From: the human T2T-CHM13v2.0 reference genome, Homo sapiens
Assembly (NCBI RefSeq): GCF_009914755.1
Contig: NC_060930.1
Direction: 5' to 3' (one strand)
Length of the DNA stretch: 64,000 nt
Shown: in pieces, positions 44,989-60,298 of the stretch
Layout of the letters: each line of letters begins with the position of its first letter
Numbering within the stretch: the first letter of the stretch is position 1
Program-made: the position numbers and the translations under genes
Notes under the pieces: generated by a model
Told to the model about the DNA's origin: nothing
Seen by the model: only the letters and a program-made list of their open reading frames with translations
The model's database searches: none

Positions 44989-46394
44989 CTGTATGATTTT
45001 CATATGTGCTCTTGCATGTAATGTTCACTACAAGTCTATAAAGGAGGTACAATTGTTATCCCCATTCTATAAATGAGAACAGGAAGCACAGCATGATTAC
45101 AGAACCTTGCCAAAGCCACACAGGATAACGGACAGTCCAAGGGACTTCAGATTCAGATTCTTTACCACTTTGCCAGACTGCCTCTCTTCCATCTCCTGCT
45201 CTCTTTCTCTGATTGATAACATATTTCTTAACCTGATCTTCTCTGCAACAGCCTTAGTTTAGTTTTCATTATTTGTTGCCTTGATTGCTTTATAAAGGCT
45301 TCTTTTAAAATTATTTACTATAGCTACTATACAATGGAGCTATACTATAAAGTATATTCTCCATTTTACTTTGGGAATCATCTTCAAAACACCAATCTGA
45401 TCACGTTAAACCACAGACCCTCTCTATGACATAGCAGGTCTTTCAAGATTAGATTCCTGTCTACTTACCCAGTCTCCTCTTTCTTTTGTATTCAAAGATG
45501 TTTTAATCATACCAATACATGCACCTGGTTTAAAATATATATATTAGATTGAAGCATAGTAAATCACTGATATTTAACCAATTTCAGTCTACTAAATAGC
45601 AATTTCATATTCGGCTTATTATTACTGAAGTTTATAATGGAAAACAGTAGCTCCTTCCTTTGTTCCTCCTTAGTGCCAAATATACTCTCCAGAGACAACC
45701 ATTTTTTATCATTTCAGTTGGTTCCTGATGTTCCCTTCATATTTCTCATACTATGCTAAAAGAGTTTAGGTTTGGCTCTGACAAGCTCAAAGCCATGCCT
45801 CAAATAAGAGAAACAGGGTTTTTGTTTTTGAGTTTTTCTCTTACATAAAAGACTTGCAGTATAAAGAGCCAGACTTCTCCCAGTTCACATTCCACTGCCA
45901 CTAGAATGTAGCCTCTGTCCTCACAGTCTGAGGTAGAATCTATGTTTTAGAAATCAAGATGGGGAAAATAAACAAAGACAAAAAGGCAAAGGGCACATGG
46001 ACATGCTGTTCCTTGAAGGATTTCAGGTGCTGTCACTTGAAACGTGTATGTACAACTCATGAGCCAAAACTTCATCCCAGCCTGGAGGGTGGAGAAGTAC
46101 TGCTTGCACTGGCCAGCCATGTGCCAAAGCCTCCTGTTGGACAAGGAGAGACAGCTTCTGGGCGACCTCTAGAAGTCTCTTCTACATAGGTATATACTTC
46201 TCTATCTAGATTTATCAATACTTCAGACTTTATCTTTAAATTTCCATATATGACACACGTGCATTTAACTTCTATACTCTCACCTCCTCTCTCTTATTTC
46301 TTAAATATAGTTAAAAGCTACTTTTAGTTGAATCCATATAATCTGATTCAGAAAATATAACTCGCTGCAAAGAAAAAGTTATCACAACATTATT

Positions 46395-47065
<671 letters not shown>

Positions 47066-47413
47066 ATCGATACATTATTTTTTGTAGAGCTTTTTGTTCA
47101 CTATTGTGTCACCTTTTTAAAAATTCTTATTTTTTTGCTTGCCTAATTTTCATTTAAATGTTGTTAATACTTTCCTTCATCTCTAAGTTACCACCGACAA
47201 TTTCATCTATTCCATTGGGTCTACTTTTTTTCTGGATGGAGCTCTGCATCATGGGGGCCTTCATTCTCCTGCTCTGAACAAGGATGGTTGCTCTCTAGGC
47301 CCTCTGAATGGTTTTCAGCCAGGCACTTCTTTTGCTACTCTCCTTTGTTAGAGACATGCTTCCCTAGATTCTATGTTTGCCTCTTTCTTTGTCTTTTTTT
47401 AAATCTTGGTCAC

Positions 47414-47548
47414 TAGAGACTGTCAAAAATTGCCAATACCGACTATGTTTCAAGTTGTCATGGTGGGATATTGGGAAACGTTATCAATTAGCAATAATTG
47501 CACCTGGAATAAACCTCACTGGCTACCATACTCCCACTGTGCAAAGCT
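47414..47548 (-). pseudogene. U4 snRNA retropseudogene (nt 1-135 of U4)
   Basis: Reverse complement AGCTTTGCACAGTGGGAGTATGGTAGCCAGTGAGGTTTATTCCAGG...GGCAATTTTTGACAGTCTCTA is colinear with U4 and keeps the Sm site AATTTTTG; A-rich tail; TSD TATGTTTGCCTCTT (47372) / TATGCTTTCCTCTT (47549). Confidence 0.93.
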
Positions 47549-47684
47549 TATGCTTTCCTCTTACTTGATTTATTCCCGTATTTTGCTGGAACACACCCTC
47601 CATTAATCGCTTAACAAAGGTTCCATGAGGAGGTCTTCATCTGTTCTTTTCATTGTTAAGTATCAAGTTCTCAGTAAGATACAT

Positions 47685-47854
47685 AAAGATAGATAGATGA
47701 TAGATGATAGACCAATAGACAGACAGACAGACAGACAGAGGGTGGCTGGATGGATAGATGATAGATAGATAGATAGATATACATACATACATACATAGAT
47801 AATGAAATGGATTGATGGATGGATTAATATAGAGAGAGAGGGATGGATGGAGGA

Positions 47855-47896
<42 letters not shown>

Positions 47897-47907
47897 GGAT
47901 AGATAGA
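47685..47907. repeat. Compound tetranucleotide STR (GATA/GACA/TACA/GGAT)n
   Basis: Directly visible arrays, including a long uninterrupted GATA run at ~47856-47895. Confidence 0.93.
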
Positions 47908-48183
47908 GTGAGCTTTTCCTTAGAATTTTGAAAACCATCTTCTACTCTGTCATTGTTCCTAGACTTTCTTTGAGATGTCTGGTACTATTCTGATTCCTAG
48001 TCCTTTACATGTGTCTTTTTTTTCTAACACTCAGAAGGTATTTATATCTGTGTTCTGAAATTTACTTTATGTCTGTGCTCTGCAGTTTCACTATGAAGTG
48101 TCCTCGTGTGGGTCGTTTCCATTCTTGGCACTGGCGACTTGGTAAGGCTTCTACATCTGGATATTAATATACTTCAATTCTAA

Positions 48184-48631
<448 letters not shown>

Positions 48632-48646
48632 TTCTACCTCTGTTTT

Positions 48647-48948
48647 TTGTTTGTTTTTTGTCTTTTAATTGAGACAGAGTCTCGCTCTTTCACCCAGGCT
48701 GGAGTGCTGTGGTGTGATCTCGGCTCACTGCAACCTCCACCTCCACCTCCATGATTCTCATGCCTCAGCCTCCCGAGTAGCTGGCACTGCAGGTGTGCAC
48801 TACCACAACCAACTAATTTTTTTTTTTAAGTAGAAATGGGGTTTCGTCATGTTGGCCAGGCTAGTCTCAAACTCCTGACCTCAGGTGATCCGCCCGCCGT
48901 AGCCTCCCAAAGTGCTAGGATTACAGGTGTGAGCCACCATGCCTGGCC
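48647..48948 (-). mobile_element. AluS (Sx-like) element
   Basis: gagacagagtctcgctc...ctcctgacctcaggtgatccgcccgcc...gcctggcc. Confidence 0.92.
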
Positions 48949-51900
48949 TCCACCTCTGTTTTTATTGTATTTTGAGAAATTTTCTTGACTTTATGTTCCA
49001 AACCTTCTTTTTTATAATTCTAGCCACCTGATTTTTTAATTTACCTGTATGTTAATTTTTAAAGTTGTTTTCTGGGACTTTTTAATAGTTACAGCATGTT
49101 CTCACAAACCTTAAAGTTTTAGTTGGAGCTGTGAAATTTTTATTTGGGAGAGGTTAATTCTGATTTATGCATTTTTTTGCTGTGGGCACTTTCTCTGTAT
49201 GTTTATTTTATTTGTTTGTCTTTAGCTTTACTTTTATGCCAAGAGATCTTTGGTTTGAGTACATACTAAAAATGAAAGCTTAAAAAGCTAACAGGCAGCT
49301 TTCTAATACGGATGAAGTACGTCAATTCACATGTTTCACTATGGATTGACCCAGTGGGAACCACATTTTCACTGGCGATTTCTAAACATCAATATGTGAA
49401 GAATTTTCCCTGAAGCGATTCTATTTTCCAGAAGAGTTCTCCTGTCTCCTGATTGGAATATGTGCAACAAAGGCCAGATAGGAACAAAGGAATAGAGATC
49501 AACCATCCTTGAGTGCAGCTCTTCAATCAATATTACTAAATTTTCCCTTAATTTCAAGTATTCACTATTTAATTCCTATAGAAAAAGAACCTACAATCTT
49601 TTGTCTGAAAGCTACAAATCTAGTTATTGGTTCAACTAGTTATTGGATAGAAATAAGAGCTGAGATTCCAGTTCCATATTCAGATGTGTAAGCCATTCCT
49701 TTGTTTGTACCATTTTTAGTTCTGGACTTTACTTCCTATATTCTGAAATATATACCATCCTGACCCTTTGTGCATTTGGGGGGACCAAAAAAAAAGCCCT
49801 TCTTCTTCTGTATAAGCTTCTACACTGATAAGTACATAGTTTTTATCCTATCCAGAACTGATATCTAACTGACATTCACCAGGTTAGCCATGACAGTTCA
49901 TGAAACAGAAATACTATTGTCCTTCTTGGTTATTAGCTACCTCTCCAGAATCCCTCACACACACACCCCCCACCACATCCTCTCCCTGGGAAACCCCCTT
50001 TTCACATGCACCCACACGACTCTTCACAGGAAGCAGATGGTGCACAGAAAATGGGAGCATTGAAGGATTTAATGAAGAGAGCATTTACAGCAGCATGAAG
50101 AGGGTTAAGGGAAACCAACAAACAAGGGATGGGACAAGACACCAGAATCATCAAGATTAGAAAGCTATTACCTCCTCTAAGCCTGAAGAGGCAAGAAAGG
50201 AAACTGTTGGTGCAGCTAAGCAAAGCTATAGCTATAGAATGGATTACCCTACAGAAACTGTGGTCCTAGGTAGAGGATAGAAGGCACACAAAACCATGGC
50301 TCAGCAGGGAAAGAACCAATAGAATAATGATCCTGATACCCCTGATGCCTCCTTTAGCTGAACCATCAGGTAGTCAAAAAGCAAGGGAGTCCTCTCAGCT
50401 CTAAAAGCTTAGTGAAGAGTACATCTAGATAAGCCAAGGGGTGACAGAGACTGTGCAGCACACAACTGGTTCAGCAGAGGGTCTCCAGGAAACTCTTCTG
50501 CACGACAACAGGCAGTTCTTTCTGATTGCTTGGGCCCTGCATCGTACTTATTTTTAAATATTTTAAATAACATTTCTGCTTCTATGAACTTCCTAAATTC
50601 ACAAACTATAACAATCTTTCATCTACTAACATCCCCTCTCTCATTCCCTTTTTCTCTGTGGATTTACACCGACTGTACATGCACCGACTGTACATGGGAG
50701 TCAGAGGAAAGGGGAAATGATTTATTTCATTTTAATGGAGTCTCAGGAGGCAGGAGCAATAATTGCCTGTGAACAACCTGGCATCTTATCCAATCAAAAC
50801 ACTACTGTTTCCCTTGATTCAACTACTTCATCCATTTGTAGATCTTTATAAATGCTATGTCATCTCACACCACCAAGGCATTTTTCATCTAACTAGAATA
50901 ACCCTCATTTACCTAGATAACTCCAAATCTTTCTATAGGTCAGCTCAAAAATCACCTCCCTTAGGGAGCCCTGCCCGGCCCTTCCCCAATCCATCCTAAG
51001 TGCCCTCCTGTGTGCTTTTATAGCACTGTGTGCTTACCGCTATCGCCACACTTTTCCCATTTTGCAGCAATTGTCTATGTCTACTCTTCAATGAACTATT
51101 AGCCGAAATAGCATATCTATGTTCAGTGGTTCTCAATCTTATCAGACCAAGCCCTCCTATTTATAAGTATATTTAGTCCTTTTACTCTCCTAAAATGAAA
51201 TCCATAGTTAATATATCCTACATAAAAACATGCTTCAAATACCAAGAGGCCTGATGGCTTTTGCAGCAAGAGTGTAGCACAGATTCCTGACATTCACCTT
51301 CTTGGGCCAGAAGCCAGGGCTGCATCTCTGAGGCCAACTGCAGTACCCAGAGAAGATCAAGCACATTCTGCCCTGGCTTCAGGAGGACTCACTAACACCC
51401 TGTGCATGTTCAGCATGCAGTGCCTTGAACAGAAGAGTTTTCTTTGCTGGCAACCAAACGTGTATCCTGCAGAGGTGTTTGGAGGAGTTACTGTGGTACT
51501 ATGTTATATATACGATTTATCCACAGATGCTAAGTAATTGCCTCCAAGGGAGTAAAAATCTGGAATGCCAATGGATCTCAAAATCTTTTTGGGCAGTCTC
51601 GGGTTCCCCACCAGGAGATGCATATTTGGAACCAGCTTATGTAAGACATCAGTGGAGACATTGGAGACAGAATGCAGAGAGATTAATCCTGATTATTCAG
51701 GTTAAGGAGTAGACCAACTGCCAAAAGTTATTGACACAATGAAAACCAACCACAATGACAAAAGAATCATCAAGTGTGCTTAGAAGTCAAAAAAATCTCC
51801 CTTTGATCGTTCTGGTGTCATGTCAGTTGCCAGTTTGATGGTGGGTAGTGAACTTTACCAGGGGTCAGGAAACGTGGGGCCCTGGTGCTTTTTAGCATCA

Positions 51901-53193
51901 CATGATCCCACACATCATAGACCTGAAGCCAAGTGACTCTACATATTTTGGAAGATGCTCATATATACCTAAATCTCATTGAGCCACTGAAAATTAATTA
52001 GACATTTCTACAAGTTCAGAACATTAAAAAAGTTAAGATAATTAGTGATGTTAAAGCTGAAGATATTCAGATTAAAGGTCATGGCATTCATCTAACTATT
52101 AAAATTAGAAATGTTTGTCTGAAATGCCTTTGCATATTTTCAGGATTTGATCAGTCTTTTGGAGATGGTCTGACTACCCTGGTGAGATTTTTATTTGTGC
52201 TTCAAATGAAAAAAGAACTAGGTCAAAACCACATTAGTATCCTATCAGTTACTATGCATCATTAAAAACAGCTTCCACTGGGGATAATTCTTTTAGTAAA
52301 AAAGGCTCACCTTTTTAGAAAAACAATACCATTAATGTGATTAAGAATGTATAAAAATTCTAGCAGTATGAAAAAGATAAGAAGATTGAAAGTTTATATA
52401 CCCTTAAAAAATGCATGCATTTCAAACCTACATCTGTATGAAGAAGGTGAGTGAATTTCAAGTGTTGTATAAACAATATCACTTTAGCAGTATTTAAATA
52501 CTATCAATCACAATATACAATGTAGCTATAGTCTTTTGAAATATGTTTTATATATTTCTATAAATATTATAAATCAGCATTCTGTTCTCAAATCAACAAA
52601 ATGCCCTCAGTATAGTATAAGAGCAATAAGAAAATTATGTATAATAAATGAGACTAAATCATTGATGAAGACAAGTCTTAAATTAGTCAGATGTTTGCAA
52701 CTATATGAAGAATCACGTCGAATATAGTAGCTCCTAATGCAGTTATAGGTATGTGACCTAAGAGACTCAAACCTAAAGAGACTGAACAAAGCAAAGGGTA
52801 ATCTTATCGCAATTTACGTAGTATATTTGCATTCTTGAAAAAAATCAGCATATTTGAGTTAAATGGAGTTGGACTCTGGACTCAAATAACTACAAAAACA
52901 AATCTTTCATCTATTGTCTCTAGACACATTTTAATCTTTTTGAAATTAGAAAATTCATCTTACAGTCAATGGCTTCTTACAGTCTCTTTCAATCAGGTTG
53001 CAGCCAAGATGAGGAAACTTGATCAGTTGTTCATATCCTCATCACTTCAATTGGGTTATCTGCTTTGCAGGTATTACATGTGTTGAGTTTAATTGCTATA
53101 TAAAATGTCATTTAAAGAGATTATATTATGAAGCAGCATCAATACAAATAATTATTCACAAGCGTGGAAGCAGGAAAGTGGACATCATTTTGA

Positions 53194-53587
<394 letters not shown>

Positions 53588-56569
53588 AGAGCACATTTTT
53601 TTAATTAAAAAAAGAAGACACCATGAATAAATGTCTTACATTTTCATAATGAAATATATGCAAAGATTAACTATTGTATGCCATTCACTGCAACAGAAGG
53701 CAGAAGAATTTGTAGATCCATCTGAGTAACGAAAAGGAGGAGTATTTGTAGGTTGCTCAGAGTAGTTAAAAGAAATTTCAGAAGAGCAAGAGCTGTTGAG
53801 ACTGATGTGTGTGTTGTGCAGAACTATACTGAAGGAATTGTGTCAGAGTATAATTTGCAGTGTTCCTCCTTCTCAGTTATATATACAATTATAGTACATC
53901 TTAAAATCAATGGTATCTTACATTGAGTGAAATATGGCACTTAAATGTCTTGCAAAATATTTCAAAATCCTGTGGAACTTGGAATAGTTCTTCATTGTGA
54001 AGGACTATCCTACAAATTGTAAGATATCTAGAATGTTTGGCTCCTGGCCACCAAATATCATGATAGACAGCAAAAAGAAAAATCAAATAAATTGCAAAAC
54101 ACAACTGGGGATGGGAGTGGGAGTTGAGTACTGCTTCTGTTAGAAACTACTATCCTAGAGCTTATCCCAGGAACTAGTACATAATAGGTGTTCAATAAGT
54201 GCTTTTTGAAGGATGATTAATTAATTACTAAACTTTAAAATTTCCCAATAGGTTAAATATTGCTTGCTCAGTCATTCACCATTGTTTGAAAGTGGATCAT
54301 TTGATTATTCATATTATGGGCTTTAGTTCTCTAGTGTAAAATTTTTGCCCTCCATTTAATAGTGCATTGTTTTAGCAACTGAGATCATGGTATGATTCAT
54401 TTTATTATTCACACACACACACATTCAACAAATACTGATTAATAGTTTACCATGAACCAGACATTGTACTAAATACTGTGAAAACAATGTAAAATAATGT
54501 ATATATAGACTGTTCCCTTGCTTAGCTTACAATGTCAAAGGCAGGAAATTTATAAAGCAATAACAATAAAATAAGATAAGTACTCTGGAAGAGAGCAGGG
54601 GGTAGAAATGGGATTCATTTGAGTTTTAGTCATACTAATTCATTTTGCCAGTGGTAGATACATTCCTATTTGGGTTGCAGATAGCACTGTAACTTCAGTG
54701 TCTCTGGAGGCTACTATAAAAATCCCATTTCTGTGAGTCTTTAGCTCAGTAGAGAAAATGATTGGCAGCACGACTGTGGGTATGGCATTTTCACTTTATA
54801 TTGATAATAATGAAGGATACTTTAAATGACAAATATTGAAATGAGAATGTCTATTCAAGCTTTTAGCTCACATTTATTTTCTCAAAAGCTCTACAATTTC
54901 AGTCTCAAAATGGGCCCAGTAGAAGTGCTCAGCAGTGTGCTTTGAAGAGCTGTCCAGCAAAATATGTCCTAAACATTCTTCAAATTGAACACAAAGTGAC
55001 CAACTAGATGCAGTCCCAAAAATGCCACTCCTACTGAGAGAGACCGAATTATCGAGTAAACCACCATAATTTGGGCAGATCTTCAGAGAGAAAATGCTGA
55101 GGGTGGATGGAGAAGTGATGCAGGAACCAAGGCAGAAGAGGGATGGAGCTGGGAATCCTGTGTAGGATACCTGAATGCCAGGGCTAGTTCCAGCTCCAAT
55201 TGCTTCTGAGAAAGGGGTGAGTGAGGGAACTGAGGGACAGCTCAATTTTGCTGCAGACCTCTGGAATCCTAGCTACAGGGGACTCTGTATCCCCATGGAC
55301 ATGGACTTCTAGTGGGGGATCTCCCTAGAGAGCGTGCAGAGACAGGCCATTGGACGGCATGGAGCCTGGGAGCTTTTGTACACTAGGCTCTCCAGCAGAG
55401 AGTGAGGACAGAGGCCCATCCCCCAGGGCTCGCCATTCCCCTCCAGGAGGTGCAGACCGCAGCTGACCTCTAAGCCAGGAGAAGGGGGGCCAGCTTCACC
55501 ACAGGACTGGGGGCATCTGCTCTGCAAGCTCTTCTGCCCGCTGTTCCCTCATAGGGTCTATGCCTAGCTTCCCTGCAGGAGTGGGTGCACAGTGCAGCCC
55601 CTGCAGCCCACACTTAGTGAGTCACTGCACCTGAGTACTTTCCTGAGGACCCTGGAACACACTGGATCCCTCACCACTAACACAACCCAGACCCAAGCCA
55701 GCATCCCAGTGCCCCCAGGACTGTAGCGGGCAGCTCAATAGTACAAAGCCAAGATCTGTGGCTGGCACTCAAGTGGAGAAGGAGCCCCCATCCTCAGAAC
55801 ACTGAGAAGGGTGAGATGCATGGGTTCCTGGGGCAGAGAAGGAACAGAGTGTGTTTTCCTCCTCAAGGCCATTTCAGAGACTATGTTCATATCTCCCTAC
55901 CACAGCCTCTGCCCAAGGAGACCCCACCACATGGAGCACCTAACAAAAAAATGTGGGTACAGCACCAGCCATCAGAGGGGCTCCCCCAAGGCCCAAGAGT
56001 GGACTGGTGAGGGGGCTGTCTCTCTCCCCTGCCACCACAGAGCATGCCTGTGATACAAGGTAGTACAAAAGAGTCACATTACTGGGTATTAGCTTAGCTA
56101 CTGGCCATTATTCTTAAGTGCCATCTACCGGATTCCAGCCCAACCTACAACACCAAAAGTTTATCCCACTAATATATACACCTGTGGAACCAAGGGCAAG
56201 AACTGACCCAAATATAAAGTTCCTTTACAGAGCCCTGGCCATCTAGAAGCATCCAGAAATGAAGCCAACTGAATATACTCAACTTAAACCGCAGTTAAAG
56301 GAACACCAATTCTCCCAGATAAGAAAGAATCAGCACAAGAAATTTCAGACAATCTAAAAAGCCAGAGTGTCCCCTTACCTCCAAATGAGTCCACTAGCTC
56401 CCCAGCAATAGTTCTTAACCATTCTAAAATGGCTAAAATGACAGGCATAAAATTCAAATGCTGGATGGCAAGCAAAGTCATCAAGATTCAGGAGAAAGTT
56501 GAAACCAATCAAAAGAATCCACAGAATCCAGTAAGATGATCCAAGAGCTGAAAGACAAAATAGCCATCA

Positions 56570-56750
56570 TTTTTTATTTATTTATTTTTTTTTGAGACAG
56601 GGTCTCACTCTGTCACCCAGGCTGGAGTGTGGTCACACAATCAGGGCTCACTGCATCCTCAACCTGCCAGGCTCAGGTACACGTGACCACACCCAGTTGA
56701 TTTTTTGTATTTTTTTGTAGAGAAAGGGTTTTGCCATATTATTCAGGCTA
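56570..56750 (-). mobile_element. Truncated, internally deleted AluJ within L1 ORF1
   Basis: gagacagggtctcactctgtcacccagg...; TSD-like caaaatagccatc / caaaataacaatc. Confidence 0.8.
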
Positions 56751-58664
56751 CAAAATAACAATCTTAAGAAAGAACTAAACTGAACTTCTAGAGCTGAAAA
56801 ACTCACTATAATAATTTCATAATACAGTTGGAAGTATTAACAACAGAATAGACCATGCTAAAGAAAGAATCTAGAACTTGAAGACTGGTTCTTTGAGTCA
56901 ACTCAGTGAGACAAAAATAATGAGAAAGGAATTAAGAAGAATGAACAAAACCTCTGAGAAATATAAGATTATGTAAGGAGACCAAATCTATTACTCACTA
57001 GCATTCCTGAGCAAGAAGGAGAGAGAATAAGCAACTTGGAAAATATACTTGAGCATACAGTTTGTGAAAATTTCCCTCATCTCACTAAGAGATTGACAGG
57101 CAAATCCAAGAAATACAGAGAACCCCAGCTAGATATTATACAAGAGGACCAATCCCCAAGGCACATAGTCATCAGATTCACTGAAGTCACCACAGAAGAA
57201 AAAATCTTAAAGGCAGCTAGAGAGAAAGGTCAAGCTATGTACAGGTAGCCCCATTAGGCTAGTACAAGACCTCTCGGCAGAAACCTTACAAGCCAAAAGA
57301 TATTGGGGGCCTATTTTCAGTGTCCTTAGAGAAAAGAAATTCCAACCGAGAATTTCACATCCTGCCAAACTAAGCTTCGTAAGTGAAAGAGAAATGAAAT
57401 CCTTCCCAAATAAGCAAATGCTGAGGGAATATGTTTCAACAAGACCAGCCTTATAAGAGGTTCTGAAGGGAGTGCTAAACATGAAACCAAAAGAACACCT
57501 GCTACCACAAAAATACACTTATGCACATGGCCCACAGGCACTATAAAGCAACTAGACAATCAAGTCTACATAACAGCCAGTTAACAACACGGTGACAGGA
57601 TCAAAATCACACATATCAATAGTAACTTGAATGTAAATTGGCTAAACATCCCATTTAAAAGACACAGAGTGGCAATCTTGGTAAACAGAAATGACTCAGC
57701 CATCTGTTGTTCAAGAGACTCATCTCACATGTAATGACACCCACATGCTCAAAATAAAAGGATAGAAAAAGGTTTACCATGCAAATGGAAAACAAAAGAG
57801 AGCAGCAGTCACTATTCTTATATGAGAAAAAAAACAAGCTTTAAACCAATAAAAATTAAGGACAATGAAGGGTATTACATAATTATAAAGGGTACAATCC
57901 AACAACAAGCCTTAACTATCCTAAATATATATGCACCTAACAACTGAATACCCAGATTCATAAAACAAGTTCTTCTTGACCTAAAAAAAAGGCCTAGCCA
58001 AAAATACAATAATAGTGGGAGACTTCAACACCCCATTGACAGCATCAGACAGATCATCAAGACAGAAAACTAACAAAGAAATTCTGGATTTAAAGTCAAC
58101 ATTTGACTAATTGAACCTAATAGACATCTACAGAACACTCCACCCAACAACCATAGAATATACATTCTCATCTGCACACGGAATGTATTCTAAGATCAAC
58201 CACCTGCTTGATCATAAAGAAAATCTCAGTAAATTAAAAAACTTGAAATCATAGCAAGCATACTTGTGGACCACAGTAAAATAAAAATAGAATTCAATAT
58301 CAAGATTTCTCAAAACTACACAAATACATAGAAATTAAACAATTCGATTTTAAATAACTTGTGTGTGAGCATTGAAATTAAGTCAGAAATCAAAAAATTC
58401 TTTGAAATTAATGATAATTGGAACACAACTTAACAAAATCCCTGGGATGTACCCAAAGCAATGTTAGGAGGAAAATTTATACCCCTGAAGACTTTCAGCA
58501 AGAAGTTAGAAAGATCTCAAATTAACAAACTAACTTTGAGCCTAAACAAACTAGAAAAAAAAAAGAGAAAACCAACCCCAAAGCTAGCATAAGAAAATAA
58601 GTAACTAAAATTAGAGAAAAACATAATGAAGTTAAGATGGAAAAATCCATACAAAAGATCTATG

Positions 58665-58868
<204 letters not shown>

Positions 58869-60009
58869 CTAGCTGGATTAACAAAGACAAAAAAGAGAGA
58901 AGATCCAAATAAGTACAATCAGAAATGACAAAAATGACATTACAATTGACCCCTCAGAAATACAAAAGCTCCTCAGAGAATACTATTCAACTTTTTGCAC
59001 ACAAATTAGAAAACCTAGAGAAAATGGATAAATTCCTGGAAACACACAACCTTGTAAGATTGAATGAGGAAGAGATTGAAACTCTGAATAGACTAGTATC
59101 AAGCTCTGAAATTGAATCAGTAATAAAGAACCTACCAACAAAAAAAGCCCTGGACCAGAAGGATTCACAGCCTAATTCTACCAGATTTACAAAGAATAAC
59201 TGTTATCAATCCTACTCAATCTGTTCCCAAAAAATTGAGGAGGAGAGACTCCTCCCTAACTGAAGACAGCATCAGCTAAATACCAAAATCTGGCAGAGAC
59301 ACAACACAGAAAGAAAACTTCAGGAAAATATCCCTGAGGAACATAGATTAAAAATTACCTCAACGAAACACTAGCAAAGCCAATCCAGCAGCACATCAAA
59401 AAGTTAGTTCACCATGATCAAGTAAGCTTTATTCCTGGGATGCAAGGTTGGTTCAATATACACAAATCAATAATTGTGATTCACCACATGAACACAATTA
59501 AAAGCAAAAACCATATAATCATCTCGATAGATGCAGAAAAAGCTTTCAGTAAAATCCAGTATCTCTTCATGAAAAAAACTCTCAACAAACGAGGCATCGA
59601 AGGAACATACCTCAAAATAATAAGAGCTGTCTATGACAAACTCACAGCCAAAATCATATTGAAAAGGCAAAACCTACAACCATTCCCCTTGCGAACTAGA
59701 ACAAGGCAAGGACACCCACTTTCACCACTCCTATTCATCACAATACTGGAAGTCCTAGAGAGAACAATTAGACAAGAGAAAGAAATAAAAAGTATCCAAA
59801 TAGGAAAAGGAGAAGTCAGACTATCTCTCTTTGCTGATGATATTATTCTATACTTAGAAAACCCCAAAGACTCTGCCAAAAGGCTACCAGAACTGATAAA
59901 CGATTTTAGCAAGGTTTCAGGATACAAACTCAATGTACAAAAATCAGTAGCATTTCTGTAGAATGATAAAATCCAGGCTGAGAGTCAAATCCAGAACATA
60001 GTCTCTTTT

Positions 60010-60298
60010 GTTTTTGAGACGGAGTCTCGCTCTGTCGCCCGGGCTGGAGTGCAGTGACCCGATCTCGGCTCACTGCAAGCTCCACCTCCCAGGTTCACGC
60101 CATTCTCCTGCCTCAGCCTCCTGAGTAGCTGGGACTACAGGCACCCGCCACCACGCCTGGCTAATTTTTTTGTATTTTTTAGTGGAGATGGGGTTTCACT
60201 GTGTTAGCCAGGATGGTCTCGATCCCCTGACCTTGTGATCCGCCCACCTCGGCCTCCCAAAGTGCTGGGATTACAGGCGTGAGCCACCGCACCCGGCC
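60010..60298 (-). mobile_element. AluY element within L1 ORF2
   Basis: CpG-rich antisense Alu; TSD CAGAACATAGTCTCTTTT (59992) / CAGAACACAGTCTCTTTT (60299). Confidence 0.94.
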
